This document shows positions 26,977-35,205 of a stretch of DNA of 44,670 bases, one piece after another; positions within the stretch are counted from its first letter, which is position 1, and each line of letters begins with the position of its first letter. Made by a program: the position numbers and the translations under genes. Source of the stretch: Acidimicrobiia bacterium. Its GTDB lineage: Bacteria > Actinomycetota > Acidimicrobiia > Spongiisociales > SHLN01. The stretch spans positions 1 through 44,670 of the forward strand of contig JBFKDW010000017.1 in NCBI GenBank assembly GCA_041619515.1, read 5' to 3'. The notes beneath the pieces were generated by a model that saw only the letters and a program-made list of their open reading frames with translations, was not told where the DNA came from and ran no database searches.

Positions 26977-29904
26977 ATGGGTGACCGGAGGCGACCAGGC
27001 TTCATCACGTTCGTTGCATTGCTGGTGATGGCAGCGTTCATGCAGCCGGCGGTGGCAGAGGGCACGGGCGACGCGTCCATGCTGCAGACCGACTGTGCCA
27101 GCCCGCCGGCCATCATGGCGGTCGACGACCTGGCTGCGGGCATGACCGGCAAGGCGTATACCACCCTGTCGGGCCGCGAGATCTCTGAGTACGATGTCGA
27201 GATCCTCGGTGTGCTTCCCAATGCCGTCTACCCGCTCATCGACTTGATCCTCGTCAGAGCGTCCGGTCCGGCCCTGGAAGCGGTCGGCGGGATCGCCGGA
27301 GGCTTCTCCGGCTCGCCGGTCTACGTCGACGGCAAGCTGATCGGAGCCATCGCCTACGGGTTCTTCGGCAACGCCTTCCTCGCCGGGATCACACCGGCCG
27401 CCGCCATGATCGACATTGCCGGGTTCCCGCCCTCCGGGGCTCCACTGCTGAATGCCGGGGGCACCGAGGCGCTGGCGATGATCGAGTCTGCGGTCGGACC
27501 CGTGGGAGCGCCCCAGGCGCTCCCGATTCCCGTCGGTGTCGGGGGTTCGGCTCGCCTCATCGCGGAGCTGCAAGCCGAGGTCGACGCCCGCGGACTGCCG
27601 CTGCGGCTGTTCCCGGCGACGGCTGCGGGAAACACCGGAGGAGCCGACTCGTCCTCGCCGGGTGAGGTGCGCCCGGGTGAGCCTATGAGCGCGGTGCTGA
27701 GCGAAGGCGACTACTCGGCGTTTGCGACCGGCACCGCCACCTACTGCGACGGCAGCACGGTCATCGGCTTCGGCCATCCATTGCTCTGGACCGGTGAGGT
27801 CATGATGAGCATGAACGAGGCCGACGTGGTCACCGTGGTGGAAGACTCCACCGGCTTCGGCAACTTCAGGCTCGTGACTCTCGCCGAACCGGCCGGCCGC
27901 ATCGACTTCGACGGCAACGCCGGCGTCCGCGGCATATCCGGTCAAGCGGCTCCATCGGTGCCCATCACGAGCCGCGTCGAGTTTGCCGAGTACGGCGCCA
28001 CCCGCCAGGGCAGGACGGATGCCTACATGAGTGACGACCTGTCATTCAGCCTCGGCTTCACGTCCGCCATCCATCTGCTCACCAACCTCGACTTCGTGTC
28101 GGGCACCGGTTTCCGGCCCGGCAGCAGCGCAGTCGAGTGGACGGTGGAGGGAACCCGTCAGGACGGCTCGCCCTTCAGCGCCTCGTTCGACAACAAGTAC
28201 TGGAATCCGTTCAGCATCACCGACTCGAGCATCTTCGAGATGACCTCGTTCATCGACCTGTTGCTGTTCAACTCCTTCGAGGATGTCGACGTGACTGCAG
28301 TTGATATCGGCGACGCCCAGTTGTTCACAGATCGCCGCACGATCGACATCAAGAATGTCCAGGTGTCGACGCCGTCGAACCCGGAGCCTGTTTCGCAGTT
28401 CGGGTTCCTGGAAGCCCAGCCGGGTGACACCCTGACGGTGGAGGCGACACTGCAGCCGTTCGGGGGCGACGAATTCGTCGAGACGATCGAGCTGGAGATC
28501 CCGGGAGATTTCCCGGGAGGATTCGGATCACTCTCCGTCAGGGGCGGAAGCAGCGACTTCTTCTTCTTCGACCCCTTCTTCGAAGGGTTCCTACCCGGCG
28601 ACGTGTCCGATTTCGAAGGGCTCCTCGACTACCTCGAGAGCCGGGACCACAACTACGACCTGGTTGCAGAGCTCACTCTGTTCGAGGAGGGGTTCGCCGG
28701 GGAGCCGCCGCCGGGGGAGGGGGAGCCCGAGCCGCCGCCCGAGCCGTTCATCGATGCCAATGGCCCGATCGGCGACGACACCGTCAGCGTCAAGGAAACC
28801 GTCGAGTTCGACGCCGTCGTCACCGGCAACGCCTTCTTCGATGTCAACGTGTTTGCGGAGCCGCCCCCCAATGGGAACATCCTCCAGGCCGAGCTGTCCG
28901 GCATGAACGAGACCGGCCCAGGGGATCCCGACGGGTTTGGCTTCGCCGAGTTCTTCATCGAAGGAGACACCGTCCTGTTCGACATGACGCTCGAGAACGT
29001 AGACGAGCCCGTCATCGCCGCCCACATCCACGCCGGAGAAGCCGGCGTGGACGGCCCGGTGGTGCTGAATCTGGATTACGAGGCCAATGGTCTGAGCGGC
29101 GCGGTGTTCGCCGATCCGTTCTTCCTGGAAGAACTGCTCGCCTTCCCCGAGTCGTTCTACGTCAATGTGCACTCCGAGGCATATCCCGACGGGGCGGTCC
29201 GGGGTCAGCTGATGAGGCCTCCGCCCGACATCGCGGGGAGCTCGACGCTGGCGTACGTCTCGCCCTCGGGCCTGTGGCGGGTGGAGGGCTACGAGCCCTA
29301 CTACTTCGGGGTGGCCGACGATGTCCCGTTCCTGGGTGACTGGGATGGCGACGGCGTCAAGACGCCCGGGCTGTACCGGCCCGCAGACGGGTATGCCTAC
29401 ATCCGCAACTCGAACGACACCGGGGTGGCCGACGCTTCGTTCTTCATGGGCATGGAGGGCGATATCCCCATCGTCGGTGACTGGGACGGAGACGGTACCG
29501 ACACCTTCGGGGTGTACCGGCCGGCGGAAGGCAAGGTGTACCTGCGCAACAGCAACGACACCGGGACCGCCGACGTCGAGTACTCGTTCGGCATGCCGGG
29601 CGACGTTCCGTTCGCCGGCGATTTCGACGGAAACGGCATCACCGACGTCGGTCTCCATCGCACCACCACCGGTCTCGTATACATGCGGTTGACGCACACG
29701 ACCGGTCCGGCCGACCTCGAGTTCTTCTGGGGCGTGGGCGGAGACACCGTCCTGGCCGGAGACTGGAACGGCGACACGGTGGACACGGTCGGCTTGGTGC
29801 GTGCGTCGGAGGGAATGTTCTATCTCCGCAACGACAATTCCACCGGCATAGCCGACAACTTCTGGCCCCTCGAGGTCGAGGGCTCCCGGGTGATCGTCGG
29901 CTAG
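26977..29904 (+). CDS. Secreted SpoIVB/S55-like peptidase with CHRD domain and GDWDGDG repeats (paralog 1)
   Basis: Signal peptide; GGIAGGFSGSPVYVDGKLIGA (S55 serine motif); GT.TY....IGFGHP; CHRD (AHIHAG...GPVV...YVNVHS..YP.GAVRGQL); four C-terminal GD(W/F)(D/N)G repeats. Confidence 0.85.
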   Translation: MGDRRRPGFITFVALLVMAAFMQPAVAEGTGDASMLQTDCASPPAIMAVDDLAAGMTGKAYTTLSGREISEYDVEILGVLPNAVYPLIDLILVRASGPALEAVGGIAGGFSGSPVYVDGKLIGAIAYGFFGNAFLAGITPAAAMIDIAGFPPSGAPLLNAGGTEALAMIESAVGPVGAPQALPIPVGVGGSARLIAELQAEVDARGLPLRLFPATAAGNTGGADSSSPGEVRPGEPMSAVLSEGDYSAFATGTATYCDGSTVIGFGHPLLWTGEVMMSMNEADVVTVVEDSTGFGNFRLVTLAEPAGRIDFDGNAGVRGISGQAAPSVPITSRVEFAEYGATRQGRTDAYMSDDLSFSLGFTSAIHLLTNLDFVSGTGFRPGSSAVEWTVEGTRQDGSPFSASFDNKYWNPFSITDSSIFEMTSFIDLLLFNSFEDVDVTAVDIGDAQLFTDRRTIDIKNVQVSTPSNPEPVSQFGFLEAQPGDTLTVEATLQPFGGDEFVETIELEIPGDFPGGFGSLSVRGGSSDFFFFDPFFEGFLPGDVSDFEGLLDYLESRDHNYDLVAELTLFEEGFAGEPPPGEGEPEPPPEPFIDANGPIGDDTVSVKETVEFDAVVTGNAFFDVNVFAEPPPNGNILQAELSGMNETGPGDPDGFGFAEFFIEGDTVLFDMTLENVDEPVIAAHIHAGEAGVDGPVVLNLDYEANGLSGAVFADPFFLEELLAFPESFYVNVHSEAYPDGAVRGQLMRPPPDIAGSSTLAYVSPSGLWRVEGYEPYYFGVADDVPFLGDWDGDGVKTPGLYRPADGYAYIRNSNDTGVADASFFMGMEGDIPIVGDWDGDGTDTFGVYRPAEGKVYLRNSNDTGTADVEYSFGMPGDVPFAGDFDGNGITDVGLHRTTTGLVYMRLTHTTGPADLEFFWGVGGDTVLAGDWNGDTVDTVGLVRASEGMFYLRNDNSTGIADNFWPLEVEGSRVIVG

Positions 29905-29933
29905 GAGCAGCCCGGTACCGACCCGGCCGCAGA

Positions 29934-29970
29934 GCCGGGGCGGGGTGAGGACCGTCTCACCCGTCCCGGC
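29934..29970. terminator. GC-rich hairpin after S55 paralog 1
   Basis: gccggggcggggtgag-gaccgt-ctcacccgtcccggc, an imperfect stem of about 15 bp, 30 nt after the stop, with no U-tract. Confidence 0.5.
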
Positions 29971-30030
29971 GGCGGCCCGCCCCCGCAGACTGCCGTCAGC
30001 GCCTAGCCTCGTCCGAAAAAGGAGCTGGGT

Positions 30031-31086
30031 ATGGCAGTGACGCTGGGGATCGGTACCGCCAAAGGCGCCTGGATCGCCACTTCCGAGGATCGGGTGGCCT
30101 GGGATGTGCACGGTCCACATCTGAAAGGGTGGGAAGTCACCACCCTGGGCCGCGCCCCCGGCGGCGACTACCTGCTGGCCACCGCGAGCAACTGGTATGG
30201 AGCTGCCCTCCACCGCAGCGGCGACCTGTCCTCGTGGAGCCAGATCGTGAACGGTCCCGCCTACCCGGATTCCGGTGACCGCAAACTGACCAAGGTGTGG
30301 ACGCTGGCCGGTGGCGACGGATCGCTCTACGCCGGGGTGGCCGAGGCGGGCCTGTTCGTCAGTGAGGACGACGCCGAGACATGGAGCCCGGTGCCCGGCC
30401 TCAACGATCATGCCACCCGTCCCGGCTGGTCACCCGGGCTGGGGGGACTGATGACGCATCGCATCCTCGTCGACCCGGCCGATGCCGGCCGCATGTGGTG
30501 CGCCATCTCCGCAGTCGGCGTGTTCCGTACCGACGACCACGGCGCCACCTGGGAGCTGAAGAACGACGGGGTTGAGGCTGCCGATCCCGATGCCGAGTAC
30601 CCGGGCATCGGCTTCTGCGTCCACTCGCTGGCCCACGATCCTTCCGATGCCCGGCGCATCTGGCGCCAGGACCATCGCGGCGTGTTTCGAACCACCGACG
30701 GTGGGGACACCTGGGAGCGCATTCAGAAGGGGCTGCCGAACGAATCCGGCTTCGGGTTCCCCGTGGTGCGCCATCATGCCAGCGGCGCGCTGTTCATCGT
30801 GCCCCTGGAGTCCGACGAGTACCGCATGCCCGTCGACGGCAACCTGGCCGTGTACCGGAGCACCGATGGGGGAGACAGCTGGCATCAGAGCGGCGCCGCT
30901 CACTCGGAGGAGGCCTATGCCGGCGTGCTGCGCGATGCCATGGATTGTGACCAGCTTGAGCCCGCCGGCATCTATTACGGCACGAGCGGTGGAACCGTCG
31001 GTTACTCGGCCGACGGGGGCGACAGCTGGGACACCCTCCCTGTGACCTTCCCTCGGATCTCCAGCGTGCGGGTGCTCGCTACATGA
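30031..31086 (+). CDS. BNR/Asp-box beta-propeller protein (exo-alpha-sialidase-like)
   Basis: Repeated S/T-x-D-x-G-x-T/S-W boxes (SEDDAETW, TDDHGATW, TTDGGDTW, STDGGDSW, SADGGDSW). No signal peptide. Confidence 0.85.
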   Translation: MAVTLGIGTAKGAWIATSEDRVAWDVHGPHLKGWEVTTLGRAPGGDYLLATASNWYGAALHRSGDLSSWSQIVNGPAYPDSGDRKLTKVWTLAGGDGSLYAGVAEAGLFVSEDDAETWSPVPGLNDHATRPGWSPGLGGLMTHRILVDPADAGRMWCAISAVGVFRTDDHGATWELKNDGVEAADPDAEYPGIGFCVHSLAHDPSDARRIWRQDHRGVFRTTDGGDTWERIQKGLPNESGFGFPVVRHHASGALFIVPLESDEYRMPVDGNLAVYRSTDGGDSWHQSGAAHSEEAYAGVLRDAMDCDQLEPAGIYYGTSGGTVGYSADGGDSWDTLPVTFPRISSVRVLAT

Positions 31087-31355
31087 CCGTGACGATCACC
31101 ATACCGACGATGCTTGCCAAGCTCGTGAACGAAGGCCGCAAGCATCAGGTGGAAGCCGACACCGTCGACGATGCGATCGAGGCGCTGCTGCAGGAGTTCC
31201 CCGAGCTGCGGGTCCATCTCTTCGGCGAGGGTCGGTCGCTGCGTCCACATGTTCGCTGTTTCCACAACGATGTCCTGGTGGCGGATCGGTCATCGCCCAC
31301 CCGCGACGGCGACACCATCACGCTCCTGCAGGCTGTCTCGGGCGGACTGCACTGA
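31083..31355 (+). CDS. MoaD/ThiS family ubiquitin-like (beta-grasp) protein
   Basis: IPT.L, TV.DAI..L...FP.L...L, LRPHV..F.N, GD.IT.L.AVSGG followed by LH. Overlaps the BNR gene stop. Confidence 0.88.
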   Translation: MTVTITIPTMLAKLVNEGRKHQVEADTVDDAIEALLQEFPELRVHLFGEGRSLRPHVRCFHNDVLVADRSSPTRDGDTITLLQAVSGGLH

Positions 31356-31380
31356 CCCGCCGGGTTCCTGGCCGTCACAG

Positions 31381-31923
31381 CTAGCTGCCCCGTACGGTGG
31401 AGACAACGGCCATGGCGGCGTCGAGCATGGCTTCTTTCTCCGCCTTCACCTCGGGCAGGTTCCGCAGGGGCCGCCACAGTGTCCCGAGGGCGGCCGATGC
31501 CCCGAGCCGGGCCGCCGAGGAGCGGTCGTCGCTGCGGATCGCCTGCCGCACCCGCCGATTGGTTTCGGCGAGCCGCTTTCCGAGCAACGGATGGAGGAGC
31601 ACGGCCGTGTCGGCGTCGATCCAGATGACGAGCTCACGATGGGCGAGCAGGACATCGAGATAGGCCGACAGCAGCTCCCGGCCCTGATCGGGCCACGAAG
31701 GATGGCGCGGGAAGCGTTCGAGGGTCTCCTCGAGCTCGCTGAGGAGGGGCTCGACCAGCTCGATCAGCAGCTGCTCTTTCGACTCGAGGTGGTAGCCGAA
31801 GGCAGCCTTGCTCATCCCGAGCCGGGCGACGACGTCTGCCACCGAGGCGCCCTCATATCCGGACTCTTGGAACGCTTGGAGGGCTGCCGCCAGCAGCTCC
31901 GCCCTGCGGCTCTTTCTCGCCAT
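31381..31923 (-). CDS. TetR/AcrR family transcriptional regulator
   Basis: R.ELL.AA...F...GYEGASV.DVV..LGMSKAAF.YH..SKE.L helix-turn-helix. TAATAT lies 7 nt before the ATG. Confidence 0.92.
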   Translation of the reverse strand: MARKSRRAELLAAALQAFQESGYEGASVADVVARLGMSKAAFGYHLESKEQLLIELVEPLLSELEETLERFPRHPSWPDQGRELLSAYLDVLLAHRELVIWIDADTAVLLHPLLGKRLAETNRRVRQAIRSDDRSSAARLGASAALGTLWRPLRNLPEVKAEKEAMLDAAMAVVSTVRGS

Positions 31924-31934
31924 AGCGACGATAT

Positions 31935-32006
31935 TACTGGCCGCACGTTCAGAAATTTCGCGTCCTCTGGAATACTTGACGAACGTTCATTAATTAGGCG
32001 TATACT
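31935..32006. promoter_or_regulatory. Divergent promoter region with two candidate TetR operators
   Basis: tactggccgcacgttca (31935-31951) and tacttgacgaacgttca (31973-31989) match at 14/17. The second overlaps TTGACG (31976) of a TTGACG-19-TATACT (32001) promoter. Confidence 0.6.
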
Positions 32007-32076
32007 CGGATCGAAAGGGCGAGGTTCGGCAAGCAGGCATGGCGGGATACCGCCGGCCCTAGTGAATAGGAGAATC

Positions 32077-34989
32077 ATGCGCAATCGGCGGTCCTTCGTG
32101 ACCATCGCAGTTTCAGTCTTGATACTGGCGGCGTTCATGCAGCCGGTCGGGGCGGAGGGGGGTGGCAGCGCCTCCATGCTGCAGACGGACTGTGCCAACC
32201 CGCCGGCCATCATGGCCGTGGAGGATGTCCATGCCGGCATGACCGGCAAGGCCTATACGACCCTATCGGGCCGCGATATCTCTGAGTTCGATATCGAAGT
32301 GCTCGGGGTACTGCCGGCGGCGGTCTATCCGCTGATCGACCTCATCATCATCGAGGTCTCCGGGCCCGCCGTCGAGGAAGTCGGTGGCCTCGCAGCGGGC
32401 TTTTCCGGCTCACCCGTCTACATCGACGGCAAGCTCATCGGCGCTTTCGCCTACGGCTTCTGGGGCAACTCCTTCGTTGGTGCTGTGACGCCGGCGGAGT
32501 TGATGCTGAAGCTGGGAACCTTCCCGGCGACCGCGGCCCCGCAACTGAGCAACGCCTCCCGGCAAGCTCTCGAACTCATCGAAGCCGCCGTGGGCCCGCT
32601 GGGTGTGCCCCGGGCATTGCCGACTCCGGTCGGCGTGACCGGAAGCGCTGAATGGGTCGAGAAGCTCCAGGCTCGCGCCGCCGACATGGGGCTGCCCATG
32701 ATCGTCTTCCCGGCAACCGGCTCCGGCAGCGGCGGGTCCACCTCCGGATCGCCGGGCGTCATCTTGCCTGGTGAGTCCCTCAGCGCCGTGCTGAGTGAGG
32801 GCGACAACGCCGCCTACGCCACGGGAACCGCTACCTACTGTGACGGGACGACCGTCATCGGCTTTGGCCATCCGCTCCTGTGGACCGGTGAGGTCAGCAT
32901 GAGCATGAATGAGGCCGACGTCATCACCGTCATCGAGGATTCCACCGGCTGGGGCAACTACAAGCTGTTCAGCCTGGGCGAGCCGGCCGGCCGGCTCGAC
33001 TTCGACGGCAACGTCGGGGTGCGGGGAATAGCCGGCGAGATGGCAGCGTCGGTGCCGATCACGAGCTCGGTCGAGTTCGCCCAATACGGGGCTACCCGTG
33101 ACGGCCGCACCGTCGCCTACATGGCCGACAGTCTCTTCTTCAGCCTTGGGTGGGTGAGCGCCGGGCATCTGCTCACCAACCTCGACTTCGTGTCGGGGAC
33201 CGGATTCCGGCCCGGCAGCAGCACCGTCGAGTGGACGGTGGAAGGAACGCGCCAGGACGGTTCGTCGTTTCGCGCCTCGTTCGACAATCTGTACTGGGAC
33301 TCGTTCAGCATCACCGACAACAGCATCTACGAGCTGGCGTCGTTCATCGACGTCCTGGTGTTCAACCCGTTCGAGGATGTGAAGATCACCTCGGTCGACA
33401 TCGGAAAGGCTGAGCTGTTCACCGATCGGCGCACCGTCGACATCAAGAAGGTGCATGCCTGGACGACGTCGAATAGCGAGCCGGTCCAGGACTTCGGATT
33501 CCTGCAGGCGATGCCGGGCGACCTCGTCACCGTCGAGGTGACCCTGCGGGCGTTCGGCCGGTCCGAGGACGTGGTGAAGACCCTCGAGTTTGAGGTTCCG
33601 GCCGACTTCGAAGGGGGGTACGGCTCCCTCTGGATTCACGGAGGCAGCAGCGACTACCTCTACTTCGATCCGTGGTACGACGATTACCTTCCCGGTGGCG
33701 CCGCCGACTTCGACGAGCTGCTCGCGTACGTAGAGGGCAGGGATCGTAACTCCGACCTCGTGGCCGAGCTCACCTTGTATCCGTCCTATGGCGTCGGGGG
33801 TGAGCCCGGCAATGGGCTCCCCGAGCCGCCGGACGGCTTCATTCCGACCAACGGCGGTGGCGTCGATACGTCCGTGCGCATCAAGGATGTCGTGGAGTTG
33901 GATGCCGTCGTCCGCGGTGACCGGTACTTCGACGTCGAAGTGCTCCCCGAGGTGCCCCCGGTCATGGGAACGCTGTATGCCGACCTGTCCGGCGCCAACG
34001 AGCCCGGCGGAGGTGACTCCGACGGAACCGGATCTGCCGTGGTGAGCTTCGAGGGGGACACCGTCACCTTCGACATCACCCTCCTGAACGTGGATGAGCC
34101 GATCACCGGAGCTCACATCCATGCCGGAGCTGCCGGCGAGGATGGCCCGGTGGTCGTCGATCTCGAGTTCGACGTGAACGGTTTGAGCGGGGTCGTCTAT
34201 GCCGACCCGTATCTGCTCGGGGAGATCCTGGCGTCGCCCGAGTTCTACTACGTGAACGTGCATTCGGAGGCCTATCCGGCCGGCGCAGTGCGTGGGCAGC
34301 TCTCCTATGAGGTCCCGCCCGAAGGGTCGACCCTCGCATACGTGAGCGCCGGCGGCCTGTGGCACGTCAGCGGGTACGAGCCGTTCTACTTTGGAGTGCC
34401 GGGAGACATCCCCTTCCTTGGTGACTGGGACGGCGACGGCGTCAAGACCCCCGGCTTGTACCGTGCGTCCGACGGATTCGCCTACCTGCGCAACACGAAC
34501 GACACCGGCATCGCCGACACGTCGTTCTACATGGGAGCGCCCGGCGACATTCCGATCGTCGGCGACTGGGACGGAGACGGCATCGACACCTTCGGCATCT
34601 ACCGGCCTGCGGAAGGCAAGGCGTATCTGCGCAACAGCAACGGCACCGGACCCACCGATGTCGAGTTCTACTTCGGTGTTCCCGGTGACATTCCGTTCAC
34701 GGGTGACTTCGATGGCAACGGCATCACCGACCTGGGCCTGCGCCGTGATGCGACGGGGTACGTGTACCTCCGGTTGAGCCATACCACCGGCATCGCCGAC
34801 CTCGCCTTCTACTGGGGCGTGTCCGGCGACAAGGTGATGGCAGGCGACTGGGATGGCGACGGAATCGACACCGTCGGCCTCGTCAGGCCGTCCACCGGGA
34901 TGTTCTACTTCCGGAACTCCAACGCCACCGGTATCGCCGACGGCGAGTGGCCGGTGGCCACCAGCCGCGGGTGGACCATCGTCAAGTAG
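32077..34989 (+). CDS. Secreted SpoIVB/S55-like peptidase with CHRD domain and GDWDGDG repeats (paralog 2)
   Basis: Collinear with 26977-29904 over its full length. SD aggaga before ATG 32077; GLAAGFSGSPVY, IGFGHP, CHRD and four C-terminal repeats. Confidence 0.87.
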   Translation: MRNRRSFVTIAVSVLILAAFMQPVGAEGGGSASMLQTDCANPPAIMAVEDVHAGMTGKAYTTLSGRDISEFDIEVLGVLPAAVYPLIDLIIIEVSGPAVEEVGGLAAGFSGSPVYIDGKLIGAFAYGFWGNSFVGAVTPAELMLKLGTFPATAAPQLSNASRQALELIEAAVGPLGVPRALPTPVGVTGSAEWVEKLQARAADMGLPMIVFPATGSGSGGSTSGSPGVILPGESLSAVLSEGDNAAYATGTATYCDGTTVIGFGHPLLWTGEVSMSMNEADVITVIEDSTGWGNYKLFSLGEPAGRLDFDGNVGVRGIAGEMAASVPITSSVEFAQYGATRDGRTVAYMADSLFFSLGWVSAGHLLTNLDFVSGTGFRPGSSTVEWTVEGTRQDGSSFRASFDNLYWDSFSITDNSIYELASFIDVLVFNPFEDVKITSVDIGKAELFTDRRTVDIKKVHAWTTSNSEPVQDFGFLQAMPGDLVTVEVTLRAFGRSEDVVKTLEFEVPADFEGGYGSLWIHGGSSDYLYFDPWYDDYLPGGAADFDELLAYVEGRDRNSDLVAELTLYPSYGVGGEPGNGLPEPPDGFIPTNGGGVDTSVRIKDVVELDAVVRGDRYFDVEVLPEVPPVMGTLYADLSGANEPGGGDSDGTGSAVVSFEGDTVTFDITLLNVDEPITGAHIHAGAAGEDGPVVVDLEFDVNGLSGVVYADPYLLGEILASPEFYYVNVHSEAYPAGAVRGQLSYEVPPEGSTLAYVSAGGLWHVSGYEPFYFGVPGDIPFLGDWDGDGVKTPGLYRASDGFAYLRNTNDTGIADTSFYMGAPGDIPIVGDWDGDGIDTFGIYRPAEGKAYLRNSNGTGPTDVEFYFGVPGDIPFTGDFDGNGITDLGLRRDATGYVYLRLSHTTGIADLAFYWGVSGDKVMAGDWDGDGIDTVGLVRPSTGMFYFRNSNATGIADGEWPVATSRGWTIVK

Positions 34990-35005
34990 CCGAGCCGGCT
35001 CAATG

Positions 35006-35041
35006 AGCTGTGGGCGGGTCTATGACCCGCCCACAGCTTTT
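35006..35041 (+). terminator. Intrinsic terminator
   Basis: agctgtgggcgggtc-tat-gacccgcccacagct is a perfect 15-bp stem followed by a short T run, 16 nt after the stop. Confidence 0.8.
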
Positions 35042-35127
35042 CCTCGTGCGTCCACCCCGCCGGGCGGGTTGTCTCCTGTGCCGGTCTCCGGCTCTCGCTG
35101 ATGGCGGTCCGTCCTAGCGCGAAACCT

Positions 35128-35154
35128 GGAACTGGGCGTTTTCGCGTGACGTCT
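35128..35154 (+). promoter_or_regulatory. Candidate ECF-sigma promoter
   Basis: GGAAC-17 nt-CGTCT upstream of the lipoprotein pair, matching the general ECF AAC/CGT consensus. Confidence 0.5.
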
Positions 35155-35205
35155 ATTCGGCATGCATTTCGGGCTTCATCGAGAACAGGAGGACGAAACA
35201 ATCTG

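Noticed and set aside
29300..29850. Periodic DNA repeats as a possible CRISPR array or DGR template/variable repeat (also 24460-24930 and 34390-34940)
   Set aside because: The repeats are degenerate and in frame, encoding GDWDGDG protein repeats. There are no identical repeats with unique spacers, no cas or reverse transcriptase gene, and no evident adenine-specific mismatch pattern between paralogs.
31171..32076. N-terminal ~300 aa of the 1272-aa ORF
   Set aside because: It overlaps moaD and lies antisense to tetR. The paralog alignment, SD and signal peptide put the real start at 32077.
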